A stretch of DNA of 64,000 bases, from NCBI GenBank assembly GCA_963767755.1, contig CAVYFO010000011.1:56615-120614 (forward strand), written 5' to 3'. The notes beneath the pieces are model-generated. The model was not told where the DNA came from and ran no database searches. It saw nothing but the letters and a program-made list of their open reading frames with translations. Below, one piece after another: positions 1 to 11,819 of this stretch. The translations under genes and the position numbers were made by a program. The DNA is from an uncultured Acidobacteriota bacterium. Its GTDB lineage: Bacteria; Acidobacteriota; Terriglobia; Acidiferrales; UBA7541. Positions within the stretch are counted from its first letter, which is position 1; every line of letters begins with the position of its first letter.

Positions 1-2067
1 CGAATTCAAATAGGTCACGGACACGTTCGCAAAGTTCGTAAGCTGTCTTTCGAGCGTCACGCCTGTTTGCATGACGTAGGGAGATCGAAGGTTGGGATTT
101 TTCACATAAACCGTCTGGGGCGATGCGACCATGCTAGGAAAGCCGGACGGCAGCGTCGTCTGGTTGGGATCGAAAAACGCGGGGTTTGGAATCAGATACT
201 GCTGCTGGATCAATCCGTTTTGCAGTTGCTGTTGCAAAACTAAATTTTCCGCAAAGCGGTCGTAAAAAATGCCGTAACCCAGACGAAGAATGGTTTTGGG
301 CGATTTGCTTTTCCCGTTGCCGTCGAGTCCCCACGCGAGGCCCAGGCGCGGCGCGAAATCGGCGTGATCGCCAAGATTGTTCTGCGTTTCATAGCGCAGC
401 CCGTAACTCAAAGTCACATTAGGCCGCCATTTGTAATCGTCTTGCGCAAACAGTGCCGCGTCAAACCAGCTCACGCTGGTGGCGGCTGTTCCGATCGGGT
501 TGTAGTTCAACGAATAGTAGCTTGCGCCGCCGCCAGCCGCCTGAATGGCGGCAGGGCTTTCGCCGATCGCTTGACCCATCAGAGTGATTTGGTAGGCCTG
601 TAGCGGCGTGATGACACAATTGTCCGTAGTTGTCGGCACGCATCCAGGCAGCTGTCGCGATCCGAAAGAATACGACCCGTTGAAGCTCGCGTTGGACGCA
701 CTGTCATCCGTCGTCTCGCGAACTCTCCCGCCGATTTTCCAGGCGTGTTTTCCCTTATTCAGGTAGGTGATGTTTTGCAACTCGTAACGGTTCTGCGTGT
801 CTATGTTGATTCCGCTTGTTGCGCCTCCCCCTGTGAACCCAGCTTGGACATTGATTTCCGGCAAGGTGTTAAACGGCGTTCCGTTCGTCGAATCACGGAT
901 GTATTGGAAGCGCGTCTCGTTGATTGTGGTCGGGCTGACGGTCTGTGTGTCGGTGGCTTGCAGCGTGTTTTCCGTCTCCAGCAAATTGTTCGCCTGCGAA
1001 GCCAGATTGAACGAGCCGACGTTGTCGTTTGTTTCGTTGTTCCGCCAATATTGATAGCGCACCGTCAGCGTATTGCCCGGAGTTACCTGGTAATCGATTC
1101 GCGGGCTTATGTTGAGTCGCGTTTTCGGATTTGGCACCGCGCTACTGAACGGCTCAATCTGGAAAGTCGTCGGATTCACGATTTGCGCGCTGATTACTGA
1201 AAGATCGGTGATGTCCCGCCGCTCAATGTTGAAGAAAAACGAGGCCTTCTTGCTCAGCGGCCCGCCAACGTTCGCGCTAAATTGCGTGGTGTAATATCCC
1301 GGCTGTGGCGTGCCCGCCGGCAAGTCTTCAAAAGGATTGCGCGAGTTAAATCCCGCCGTGTTTCCTGTCATGAAAAATTGGCCATGAAACTGGTCTGTCC
1401 CGGGTTTTGTAAAGACTTCGATTCGGCCATAACCGAGCTTGTCATACTCCGACGAAAACGGATTTTGGTTGATACGAATCTCTCGAATCGAGGCTTTCGG
1501 GGGCAGTTCGCCCGCGGTAAAACCGTCAATATAGATCTGCCCGCCGTTAGGTCCCGCCGATGGCCCGGCCAGCGCTTGCAGTTCGGACTCCAGTTCGTCC
1601 GGATCATCGGAAAGCGCTTCCAGATCCTTGCCTTGAATGACGACTGCGCCTGCGTTGTTCGCGGGATTCACGTCCACCTTGGTCGTCGTGTCTGTGACTT
1701 CCACTTTTTCCTGCTGCACCTCAATGCTCAACTGAACATTCAATCTCTGCGTTTGTCCCGCGGCTATTTCGATCTCCAGCTTCTCGAACGGCGCAAATCC
1801 CGTGGCGATTACCTTCACGCCGTAATTTCCAGGAACCAATCCCTTCACCTCATAAATGCCTTCGCGGTTTGTCGTCGCCGTCGTCGCCGCCCCGCTTGGC
1901 GTAGTCACAAGCACGGTCGCCTCAGCCACCGCGGCGCCCGAAGGATCCGTTACTTGCCCGCGTAGCGTTCCCGTAGTCTCCTGCGCGTGCGCCGCGCTTC
2001 CGGCCATTCCGGCAAACGCAAGTACTGCTACGAATACAATGCTCCGATAGACGTTCCTCAAGTTCAT
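1..2067 (-). CDS. TonB-dependent receptor-like outer-membrane protein with N-terminal carboxypeptidase-regulatory-like domain (runs off the left edge)
   Basis: Manual translation from ATG 2067 (AGGAG upstream): MNLRNVYRSIVFVAVLAFAGMAGSAAHAQETTGTLRGQVTDPSGAAV...LSDDPDELESELQALAGPSAGPNGGQIYIDGF...INQNPFSSEYDKLGYGRIEVFTKPG. Absent from the ORF track, presumably because it has no stop inside the window. Confidence 0.85.
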   Translation of the reverse strand, partial: MNLRNVYRSIVFVAVLAFAGMAGSAAHAQETTGTLRGQVTDPSGAAVAEATVLVTTPSGAATTATTNREGIYEVKGLVPGNYGVKVIATGFAPFEKLEIEIAAGQTQRLNVQLSIEVQQEKVEVTDTTTKVDVNPANNAGAVVIQGKDLEALSDDPDELESELQALAGPSAGPNGGQIYIDGFTAGELPPKASIREIRINQNPFSSEYDKLGYGRIEVFTKPGTDQFHGQFFMTGNTAGFNSRNPFEDLPAGTPQPGYYTTQFSANVGGPLSKKASFFFNIERRDITDLSVISAQIVNPTTFQIEPFSSAVPNPKTRLNISPRIDYQVTPGNTLTVRYQYWRNNETNDNVGSFNLASQANNLLETENTLQATDTQTVSPTTINETRFQYIRDSTNGTPFNTLPEINVQAGFTGGGATSGINIDTQNRYELQNITYLNKGKHAWKIGGRVRETTDDSASNASFNGSYSFGSRQLPGCVPTTTDNCVITPLQAYQITLMGQAIGESPAAIQAAGGGASYYSLNYNPIGTAATSVSWFDAALFAQDDYKWRPNVTLSYGLRYETQNNLGDHADFAPRLGLAWGLDGNGKSKSPKTILRLGYGIFYDRFAENLVLQQQLQNGLIQQQYLIPNPAFFDPNQTTLPSGFPSMVASPQTVYVKNPNLRSPYVMQTGVTLERQLTNFANVSVTYLNS

Positions 2068-2110
2068 TCCTGCTCCTGATCTTAGTTAAAAATTTTCTAA
2101 TCGGCGTTCA

Positions 2111-3367
2111 TTATGGGTTCGTATCCCCCGCTGGCGCCTCGCTCATCGTCCACGGCGTGAGGATGCTGGAGGCTCCGCCTTTCGGCGAAGCTTCGAGGAT
2201 GGGTTCCACTCCGGCGAGCAGCGTGATCACCGTCCCTCCGCTGGCCTCCGTACCTTCTGTGGTCACGATCATGACCGCATCGCCCTTCTGCAAATCCGCG
2301 AGCGTCGCCGCGGGCATTCGGCTGAGTACTTGCTGCAAGTCGCCTCCTCTGCCGGCACCTGCTCGTCCCGTCCCTCCGGACCCCGCACCTTGACCGCTGA
2401 ACTGGCCAGGAGCGTGATTGACAGCCGCCGCTTCCGGGGGCTTAGGTGCCGAGCCAGCGGATGCATTTCCTCCCGCTGCCCCATTCGCCGCGCTGCCTTT
2501 TAGCCGCATGGCGATGCCCTGTGCGATCATGGGCGGCAACTTGCGAATCTGTGTGTCCGCCCCGATTTTTACGGTGACACTTTTTTTGGCCGCCAGGTCC
2601 ATTACTGTAAGAGTTCCGGCGGCTGTGTCGACGGCCTCGATCGTCCCCGCGATGTTGCGGAATGTTCCCGAGACAATTTCGTCTGCAGCTAGTTCCGCGT
2701 CATCCGCGCTCCGAGTTCCCCGCGCGCGCAACTGATCGCCCACCTTGATCTGTTCGATCGGCGCCGGCTTCGCATCATCGAACTTTACGGAGTTCGGCGC
2801 ATATCGCCGGAGAATCGTCTGCTTCGTAACCTGGACTGTCACGTCCTTCGCCGTGCCCGTCGCGTTTGTCGAGATCTTGATCGTGCCGGTCGCTGGGTCC
2901 ACCGCGCTCACCAACCCGCCAACTCCATGTCGCTGCCATTCTTCGCGCTCGTGCGCTTGTTTCGCCGCGATGTCTTCGTGCTTCATCGCAATCACGGAAA
3001 TGGCCGCCAGCGTTTTGCCGTCCCCCGCCATCATCCCGCGGACCAAGATTCGATCGCCGGGCTGCAATTCCGACAATTGAAGCGCCAGCGCATTCTTGAG
3101 ATCTTTTGCACCTGGTTCGATGCGAATCAGGCGGGCATCATCCGCCACCTGAATCGTGGTTTCGGCCCCCGTATCCGTGGTCAAGACTATCGTTTTTCCC
3201 GTGATGGTCTTAATAGTGCCTACCGCTCGGGCAGCTGCGGTTTGCGCCGGCGGTGGTGCGGGTTCGGCGGCGGATGCGTTCGCGACGCTAGCCGCTCCAA
3301 GGCCGATGCACGCGAATACAACAATCAATCTCACGCGCCACGCGCGCCCCTTTTCCAGCAATTCCAT
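2111..3367 (-). CDS. Secreted DUF5666-like (repeated OB-fold) protein
   Basis: Signal peptide; repeated motifs LSELQPGDRILVRG, IEQIKVGDQLRARG, LADLQKGDAVMI; co-oriented just upstream of the receptor gene. Confidence 0.7.
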   Translation of the reverse strand: MELLEKGRAWRVRLIVVFACIGLGAASVANASAAEPAPPPAQTAAARAVGTIKTITGKTIVLTTDTGAETTIQVADDARLIRIEPGAKDLKNALALQLSELQPGDRILVRGMMAGDGKTLAAISVIAMKHEDIAAKQAHEREEWQRHGVGGLVSAVDPATGTIKISTNATGTAKDVTVQVTKQTILRRYAPNSVKFDDAKPAPIEQIKVGDQLRARGTRSADDAELAADEIVSGTFRNIAGTIEAVDTAAGTLTVMDLAAKKSVTVKIGADTQIRKLPPMIAQGIAMRLKGSAANGAAGGNASAGSAPKPPEAAAVNHAPGQFSGQGAGSGGTGRAGAGRGGDLQQVLSRMPAATLADLQKGDAVMIVTTEGTEASGGTVITLLAGVEPILEASPKGGASSILTPWTMSEAPAGDTNP

Positions 3368-3464
3368 CGATCACTCCTGCTATCTAACGCGAATTGCACA
3401 CCCGCGTGTGTTTGCTAGGGAGGGTATATCGGCAGACGCGCCATTCCCTTTGCGTCACTGTTTA

Positions 3465-3492
3465 GACGTGTCCCGCACCCCGAAATGTTTCA
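3465..3492 (-). promoter_or_regulatory. Putative ECF-sigma promoter
   Basis: TGAAAC-N18-CGTC(TAAA) on the minus strand about 100 bp upstream of the DUF5666 gene. Confidence 0.35.
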
Positions 3493-3917
3493 AAAAATTC
3501 TATCGACGCACGCTATCGATTGACTTGGCAAAAAACTGTGGTCATTCCTCCAGGTCTCCTCTTCTGAGGTTTCCCAGGTCTCGGCGGAACCCGCTGGTTT
3601 TCAGGTACGTGTCGAGCCCCGGTCGCGCCGCCTTCCGAAGCGAGAGTGCTTAGCCAGATTCGAGGGTGCCTCCCCCCGGCCAGCATCCCGCGCACCGGGA
3701 CTTCGAACCATGACGGACGCTCGGGTGCCCAGTTGGCTCCCCTCGCAACCCACCTTGGCCGTCCTCCTCGTGGAGAAATTGCGTTAATTTGAACGAAATG
3801 AAATTTTAATCTTCCATTCGCCTTCGGGTCATGGTGACCGCGTATTACTCGGTCATCCACGAGCCATGCGCCCCCCGGTGGCCCGCGGTCGCACAAATGA
3901 TTCTGGAGGAATCGTCG

Positions 3918-6116
3918 ATGCACACAGAAAAGCTCTTTCGTCGCGCTCTTAGGTCCGCCCTCGGCTGTGGGCTGCTGGCAGCCGCGCTCGCGGTTTCGGC
4001 TCATGCCCAGTGCCAACTGAACTCCCCTTCGGGCAAAATCAAGCACGTCGTATATATCGAATTTGACAACGTTCACTTTACGCGCGACAACCCCAATGTC
4101 CCTTCCGACCTCGAACAAATGCCCAATTTGCTGAATTTTATCGAGCAGCACGGCACACTCGACGCCGGTGACCACACAGTTCTGATTTCCCACACCGCCA
4201 ACGACATCCTCACCACGCAGACCGGCCTCTACTCCGACGACACCGGCATCTTCGTCGCCAACAGCTTTGGAGTCTTCTCGCCAACGTCTACCGGCGAAAA
4301 CGGCTTGTTTCCCTCTTCGTTCTTCTACTGGACCGACAAAGTGTCTGATATCACCGCGGCCACAGACGACAACACCTTCGCACTTACCACGCCACAGGGG
4401 ACTAACGTGCCAGCGCCATGGGTGCCTTTCACTCGCGCGGGATGCACGGTTGGCGCCTTCTCAACCGCCAACATCGTGCTGGAGCGCGCACCATTCGATG
4501 TATACAAAGTCTTCGGCGGCCCGACCTCTGCCCAAGGGATGGAAAGCAGTACCAATCAAAACAATGACTTTATCGGTGCGTCAATCCACTGCGCACTCAA
4601 CGACCCCATTTGCCAGTCGAACCCAACGCTGGGTGTGGTGGGAGTGGACGACACATTGACTGAGGAACCCGGCGGCTACTCTGGTTATCAGGCTCTGTTT
4701 GGCCTGAAGTACATCAACCCTGCGCTCACCGGCAGCCCGACCGGCAGCATCGTCGATTACCATGGCGTCCCGCTGACTGGTTTCAATCAATTGAACTTCG
4801 ACCCGGTGCCGGCTCAGACGCTCGCAGTTGTTGAGGCCATGCTGAAAAAGGGCATACCAGTGGTTTACGCCTACATCGCCGACGCCCACGACAATCAAGA
4901 AGAGAAAGCTATCACTAGCGAAGGCACCTTCGGCCCTGGCGAGGCTCCCTACGTGGCTCAGCTAGCTGACTACAACAGTGCCTTTGGCACGTTTTTCTTG
5001 CACCTGAAGGAAGCCGGCATCGATCAGAGCAACACGCTCTTCATCTTCAGCCCCGACGAGGGCGACCATTTCGTCGGTGGCGCACCAAGTCCCGCGAATT
5101 GCGATGGCGCCAAAATTAAGAAAAATGGCGAGGTCGTGCCAGATATTCCTTGCACCTACGGAACGAACGGCGTCGGCGAGTTGGACATCAATCTGGCCGG
5201 TCTCACCGCGGCCGCCGGCGACCCGACGGCGTACTCCATCCATTTCGACGATGCCGCCACCACCTACGTGAATGGTCAGCCGCTTCCAAGCAGCGACCAG
5301 GTTCGCATGTTGGAGAAAACCATGGCCGGCCTGAGCGCGGTCAACCCGCATACCGGTCTAACCGAGAGCTTGCTCGGCACAGGTTTGGGGCCTGACCTCC
5401 AGGGCGCGATTGTTGATCCTGCCGCAATGCAGCTCCTGCACATGAACACCGTCGCCGATCCCAACCGCGAACCCACCTTTACATTCTTCGGCAATCCCAA
5501 TTTCTTCTTCGAAACCTCGGGCAGCACCACTCCAGTGGTCGGCACCGGCTTTGCATGGAATCACGGCGACATCCAGCCGGAGATCGCGCGCACCTTCATC
5601 GGTATTGTGGGTCCCGGTGTTAAGAACTTGGGTGTGACCGAGCCGCACGATTTCTTCACCGACCACGTTGACCTGCGGCCGACGATGCTGACGCTTCTCG
5701 GCCTCGCCGACGACTATCAGCACGATGGCCGCACGATCACTGAACTGCTCGATGGCAATGTTCCGCCTTGGAGCCTGCGCGCGCATTCGGACACGCTGCA
5801 AGACCTTGGACAAATCTACAAGCAGATCAGCGCCCCGTTCGGAGAGCTCTCGAGGAGCACCCTGGCGGTCTCGACTTACGCGGTTACCAGCACCTCCACC
5901 GGCGATGCGGTTTACAACAACCTCGAAAACCAAATCTCGCAGTGGACCCTTGAACGCGACGGCTTGGCCGGACAGATTAAAGCCATGCTCGAGGGAGCCG
6001 AGTTCAACGGTCTGCCACTTGACGAGAAAGTTGCTAAGGACATCATTGCCGAGGGACAGGCGCTTCTAGACCAGGCGAAGCACTGTGCCTCTCATCCGGA
6101 CAAATGCTCTAACTGA
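3918..6116 (+). CDS. Secreted alkaline-phosphatase-superfamily-like protein of unknown function
   Basis: GGAGGA before ATG 3918; signal peptide ending AHA-Q; motifs HVVYIEFDNVH, SHTAND, FIFSPDEGDH, WNHGD, DHVDLRPTMLTLLGL. Confidence 0.6.
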   Translation: MHTEKLFRRALRSALGCGLLAAALAVSAHAQCQLNSPSGKIKHVVYIEFDNVHFTRDNPNVPSDLEQMPNLLNFIEQHGTLDAGDHTVLISHTANDILTTQTGLYSDDTGIFVANSFGVFSPTSTGENGLFPSSFFYWTDKVSDITAATDDNTFALTTPQGTNVPAPWVPFTRAGCTVGAFSTANIVLERAPFDVYKVFGGPTSAQGMESSTNQNNDFIGASIHCALNDPICQSNPTLGVVGVDDTLTEEPGGYSGYQALFGLKYINPALTGSPTGSIVDYHGVPLTGFNQLNFDPVPAQTLAVVEAMLKKGIPVVYAYIADAHDNQEEKAITSEGTFGPGEAPYVAQLADYNSAFGTFFLHLKEAGIDQSNTLFIFSPDEGDHFVGGAPSPANCDGAKIKKNGEVVPDIPCTYGTNGVGELDINLAGLTAAAGDPTAYSIHFDDAATTYVNGQPLPSSDQVRMLEKTMAGLSAVNPHTGLTESLLGTGLGPDLQGAIVDPAAMQLLHMNTVADPNREPTFTFFGNPNFFFETSGSTTPVVGTGFAWNHGDIQPEIARTFIGIVGPGVKNLGVTEPHDFFTDHVDLRPTMLTLLGLADDYQHDGRTITELLDGNVPPWSLRAHSDTLQDLGQIYKQISAPFGELSRSTLAVSTYAVTSTSTGDAVYNNLENQISQWTLERDGLAGQIKAMLEGAEFNGLPLDEKVAKDIIAEGQALLDQAKHCASHPDKCSN

Positions 6117-6505
6117 GGGCACTCGAGTGGCGCGGGCGCCTTGGCTGCATGGGCTTGGGCGCCTGCGCAACATCCTGTTTTGGCATCGAACCCCTGCGCA
6201 TTTCCCCTTTCTTTCTACTCCCCTCTCCGCGAAACGGCCAAGCGGGTGTACAATGCCGCCTGTTGGATTATCTCGGCAGGCGCTCTGTAGTAGTTTGTTG
6301 CCGAGCAACTCTTGAATCACTGTAATGCTGTGCAAGCCAACCAAGGGATGGCTCCTTTCGAGTGATTCTTTTCATCCCCGATAGTAAAGTACAGATTTCG
6401 TGGCACGGGGCGGCGCAGACAGCCAATCCGCATGGTCGTTGTTTGACCCGCTTGCTCTTCAAGCTAGACGCGAGCAAATTTGGCAACACAGCATAGAGTT
6501 GGAGG

Positions 6506-7300
6506 ATGACCCGCGTGGCTCTCCCGACGGATAAACACTTCACGGCGCGCATTATCGAGCGAAAGGATTTGTCGGAAGATTTGTGGCTCATCCGCGTCGA
6601 TCCCGGCGGCCCATTTTCTTTTAAAGCCGGACAGTACGCCACCCTCGGCGTCGATCACGAAGAGAAGCGCATCGAGCGCGCCTATTCCATCGTCTCTTCG
6701 CCCTACGAAGAAAGCCTCGAGTTTTTCATTGAGCTCGTCCCCCAGGGCGCACTCACTCCGCATCTTTACAAACTCAAGGTCGGCGACACCATGCTCTGCC
6801 GCAAAATTTCAAAAGGCCGGTTTACTCTCGATTTGAAAAGCGGCCGCACCAATCATCTCCTCCTCGCCACCGTCACCGGCGTCGCTCCTTTTGTGAGTTA
6901 CGTCCGCACGCTCTATCGAGACTGGAAAGCCGGCAACAGCCCCATGCCTGGCGAACACAAACTTTTTTGCCTTCAAGGCGGAAGCCGCTCATGGGAATTC
7001 GGTTATCGCGAGGAACTCGAGCGCATCGCCGCGGAAGTTCCGTGGTTCAGGTACGTCGCCACCATCAGTCGACCCTGGGAAGATCCCGAGTGGAAAGGCC
7101 AAACAGGCCGCGTCGACGACCTCGTTCGCATGTACGTCGACGAGTGGGACTTGCATCCGGCGGCCACCACCGGATATCTCTGCGGCCATCCCAGCATGTG
7201 CGAGAACGGCATGGGTATTTTGAGCCGTGCCGGCTGGCAAAAAGGAACTCTGTTCGAAGAAGTCTATTTCATCCCGGGCAAAGAGGCCGGAGCCGAATAA
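6506..7300 (+). CDS. fpr: Ferredoxin--NADP(+) reductase
   Basis: FKAGQY, RAYSIVSSP, LLATVTGVAPF, YLCGHPSM and terminal EEVYF motifs. Confidence 0.85.
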   Translation: MTRVALPTDKHFTARIIERKDLSEDLWLIRVDPGGPFSFKAGQYATLGVDHEEKRIERAYSIVSSPYEESLEFFIELVPQGALTPHLYKLKVGDTMLCRKISKGRFTLDLKSGRTNHLLLATVTGVAPFVSYVRTLYRDWKAGNSPMPGEHKLFCLQGGSRSWEFGYREELERIAAEVPWFRYVATISRPWEDPEWKGQTGRVDDLVRMYVDEWDLHPAATTGYLCGHPSMCENGMGILSRAGWQKGTLFEEVYFIPGKEAGAE

Positions 7301-7422
7301 ACCGCAGTTCGTTTGGCACACAATCTGTTTGCGAGCTTCGCTGCGCGAATCGGGTGTAGAATGCCGCGCGGCCGGGCAAACACTGGCACCGTGATTGAAT
7401 CTAGAGTACCGGAGGAAGTTTC

Positions 7423-8595
7423 ATGATCGTCGGAGTACCACGAGAGAGCTTTCCCGGCGAACGCCGTGTCGCCATGGTGCCCGCCGTAGTCCCGAGCCTT
7501 ACAAAAGCCGGTCTCGAAGTCGTCATCGAAGCCGGCGCGGGCACGCAAGGCGGCTATCTCGACGCTGATTTCGCCGCCAAGGGCGCAAAAATTCTCCCCA
7601 CCCGCACCGACGTTTTCGCCGCCGCCGACATCATCGTTCAAGTCCTCTCCTACGGCGCAAATGATAAAACCGGCAAAGCCGACGTTCCTCTCTTCCGCCC
7701 GAATCAAGCGCTCATTGGGTTCTTGCGCCCCCTCAGTTCGCTCGAAGCAATACAGGAAATCGCCTCGAAAGGCGTCACTGCTTTTTCCATCGAGTTGATG
7801 CCGCGCACCACCCGCGCCCAAAGCATGGACGCGCTTTCTTCGATGGCCACCATCAGCGGCTACAAAGCCGTAGTCGTCGCCGCCGACACTCTCCCTCGTC
7901 TCTTCCCCATGATGACTACCGCTGCCGGCACCATCACGCCCGCGCGCGTTTTTATCATTGGGTGTGGCGTCGCCGGCCTCCAGGCCATCGCCACCGCCCG
8001 CAGACTCGGCGCGGTCGTCTCCGCCTACGACCTCCGCCCCGCCGTGAAAGAACAAGTCCAGAGCCTCGGCGGTCGCTTCGTTGAGCTCCCCATCGAAGCC
8101 AAAGACGCGCAAGACGCCCGCGGCTACGCCACCGCCCAAGGCGAAGACTTCTACAAAAAACAGCGCGAACTCTTGGGCAAAGTCGTCGCCGAAAGCGACG
8201 TGGTCATCACCGCCGCCGTCATCCCCGGCAAGAAGTCACCCATTCTGGTCACCAAAGAAATGGTTACGGCCATGGCGCCGGGCTCCGTGATCGTCGATCT
8301 TGCCGCAGAGCGTGGCGGCAATTGCGAACTCACTCGTGCCGAAGAACAAATCGTCGAGCATGGCGTCACCATCATGGGCTTCATCAATCTGGCCGGCACG
8401 GTTCCTTACCACGCCAGCCAGATGTACGCAAAAAATGTCGCTACATTTCTCCTTCATCTCGTCAAAGACGGCAAACTGCAGCTGAATCCCGACGACGAAA
8501 TCGTGCGCGACACTTTGCTGACCCAAGGCGGCGAAATCGTAAACGCCAGGCTGCGCGAAATTTTCAAGCTCCCGGCTTTAGCTGCAAAATCTTAA
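7423..8595 (+). CDS. pntAA: NAD(P) transhydrogenase subunit alpha, part 1 (domain I)
   Basis: GVPRESFPGERRVA, RAQSMDALSSMATISGYKAV, GCGVAGLQAIATARRLGA, DLAAERGGNCE. Confidence 0.95.
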   Translation: MIVGVPRESFPGERRVAMVPAVVPSLTKAGLEVVIEAGAGTQGGYLDADFAAKGAKILPTRTDVFAAADIIVQVLSYGANDKTGKADVPLFRPNQALIGFLRPLSSLEAIQEIASKGVTAFSIELMPRTTRAQSMDALSSMATISGYKAVVVAADTLPRLFPMMTTAAGTITPARVFIIGCGVAGLQAIATARRLGAVVSAYDLRPAVKEQVQSLGGRFVELPIEAKDAQDARGYATAQGEDFYKKQRELLGKVVAESDVVITAAVIPGKKSPILVTKEMVTAMAPGSVIVDLAAERGGNCELTRAEEQIVEHGVTIMGFINLAGTVPYHASQMYAKNVATFLLHLVKDGKLQLNPDDEIVRDTLLTQGGEIVNARLREIFKLPALAAKS

Positions 8596-8605
8596 GGAGG
8601 CATGG

Positions 8606-8901
8606 ATGCCCGCGGATTTTATCTCCAGTCTGTTTGTGTTCATCCTTTCGGCCTTTCTAGGCATAGAGCTCATTAAGCGCGTTTCGCCGCTGCTGCACAC
8701 GCCGCTCATGTCTCTCACCAACGCCCTCGACGCCATCGTCCTCGTCGCCGCCATCATCATCGCTGGCCGCCACGAGACGCGCCTTTCGACCATCCTCGGT
8801 CTCATCGCCGTCGCCGCCTCCTTCAGCAACATGGTCGGCGGCTTCGTCATCACCGACCGCATGTTGGGCATGTTCAAGACCGGCAAGGCGGCGAAAAAAT
8901 C

Positions 8902-8905
<4 letters not shown>
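8606..8905 (+). CDS. pntAB: NAD(P) transhydrogenase subunit alpha, part 2 (membrane)
   Basis: LHTPLMSLTNA and GGFVITDRMLGMF. Confidence 0.95.
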
Positions 8906-10293
<1,388 letters not shown>

Positions 10294-10296
10294 GCT

Positions 10297-10320
10297 GTAG
10301 TGGCCGATCTTCAGATCGGC
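10297..10320 (+). repeat. GTAG-type REP-like palindrome
   Basis: GTAGTG followed by GCCGATCT-TC-AGATCGGC hairpin directly after the pntB stop. Confidence 0.5.
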
Positions 10321-10479
10321 GATTTATTCTTTGTCTCTTGCGCGGGCACGATACATCATGCCCTCTTTGCAATGGTCGCCGACGATGTCATCGCCCAATG
10401 TCCCACCCGTGTGTACACTATGGGCGTGGCTAACACGACGCAGCGCCGCCTTCAGTACTTTCGACGCGAGCGCCAAGAA

Positions 10480-10863
10480 AAGGTCGAGCGCCAAGGCGAA
10501 GAGATCTGGCCCAGCGAATTTCTTCCGGACCGAAGCGGGGAGCGAGCGGTGCGCGATAGGATCAAGGCTCTCTCGCCCGAGGACCGCAAACGCATTGGCG
10601 AAGACGTTAAAACGGTCGAATTTGGCTGGCCTATCGGAATGCCCGTCTGCAAGCCGTTGGGCGATGGCACTATGAGAGTGCGGTCGAACCTGGCTCAGAA
10701 TCGAATTGCTCGAGTGCTGTTCTATATCGACAAGAGAGGGCGCATGGTCTTGCTTCATGCTTTCATCAAGAAGACGCAGAAGGACCAGGACTCAGGACTT
10801 GGAAATGGCCAGGAAAAACAAAAGCAAACATCAGTCAGGGCTCAAATAAGGGGACATCAATGA
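10480..10863 (+). CDS. Type II TA RelE/ParE-family toxin (Gp49/DUF891-like), apparently frameshifted; start approximate
   Basis: NFFRTEAGSE in one frame, then DRKRIGEDVKTVEFGWPIGMPVCKPLGDG...IARVLF...MVLLHAFIKKTQK. Confidence 0.8.
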   Translation, partial: KVERQGEEIWPSEFLPDRSGERAVRDRIKALSPEDRKRIGEDVKTVEFGWPIGMPVCKPLGDGTMRVRSNLAQNRIARVLFYIDKRGRMVLLHAFIKKTQKDQDSGLGNGQEKQKQTSVRAQIRGHQ

Positions 10864-11193
10864 ACGCAAGAAAAAACCGGAAACGAAGAGACCACAGCGG
10901 CTCGACCTTCACAGCTTCCTCGAACAGGACGGCATCCGCGAAGAAGTCGAAGCCGTCGCCATCAAGCGCGTACTGGCATGGCAGCTCCAGCAGCGATGCA
11001 AGAACAGCAAAAAACCAAGCATGCTATGGCCAAACCACTCCGCACCAGCAAGTCGCAATTGGAATCGCTTGCTGAACCCCACAATGTCTCGGTCACCCTC
11101 GATACCATCACCCGCGCCGCCAGGGTCCTCGGCAAACGCCTGATCATTCGCATAACCGACGTCAAGCGCAAGCGATGTAAGATGACGCCATGA
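10860..11193 (+). CDS. Cognate HTH (XRE-like) antitoxin, frameshifted
   Basis: Fragments HSGSTF, SFLEQDGIREEVEAVAIKRVLAWQL and AMAKPLRTSKSQL..NVSVTLDTITRAARVLGKRL spread over frames. Confidence 0.75.
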
Positions 11194-11594
11194 AGAAAGC
11201 GATATCCACGAAACGCACTCCAATAACAAAGCGCAGTGGCCATCCCAACACTGTCGACGAATACATTGCCCGCGTCCCGCAACCTGCCCGCGCGCTCATG
11301 AACAAAATGCGCGCGGCGATTCGCTCCGTCGTTCCCGCGGAAGCTACCGAAGTCATCAGTTACCGCATCCCCGCCTTCAGATCCAACAAGGGTGTGTTGG
11401 TCTGGTACGCCGCCTTTTCCGATCACCTCAGCCTCTTCCCCACCGCCTCTGTGATCGTGGCCTTTAAAAAGGAACTGAAAGCCTTCTCCACCTCCAAAGG
11501 CACAATCCACTTCTCCACTGAAAGGCCGCTTCCGATCACTTTAATCAAGAGGATCGTGAAGGCGCGCGTCGCACAGCTCGAACGCAAGAAATAA
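11190..11594 (+). CDS. DUF1801 / YdhG-like protein
   Basis: TVDEYIA...EVISYRIPAF...YAAFSDHLSLFP...SKGTIHF...LP..LIKRIVKARV. Confidence 0.8.
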   Translation: MKKAISTKRTPITKRSGHPNTVDEYIARVPQPARALMNKMRAAIRSVVPAEATEVISYRIPAFRSNKGVLVWYAAFSDHLSLFPTASVIVAFKKELKAFSTSKGTIHFSTERPLPITLIKRIVKARVAQLERKK

Positions 11595-11819
11595 CGGTGG
11601 GCAGGGTGTCGTTAACATCTCGAAGCGTTTTTGGGTCTATTTCCTGAGTGGGTATGCCGCATACCTTGCGGCGGCTGGTGCAAGGTCGCAGGTTTTGACA
11701 ATCCATGCTTTCCCGTGGCCTCACAACTTATTTCCATCCTCGCAAAGGGGGACACTTTTAGCAGCAGTGGCAAGGAACTTCGTTGGTTCCTCTCCCCCAT
11801 CGCGCCGGTTGGGCTTGGA

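Noticed and set aside
745-1965. Plus-strand ORFs of 151 and 227 aa
   Set aside because: Antisense shadows of the minus-strand receptor gene.
3500-3900. Riboswitch in the long divergent intergenic region
   Set aside because: No recognisable riboswitch consensus by eye; an Rfam scan would be needed.
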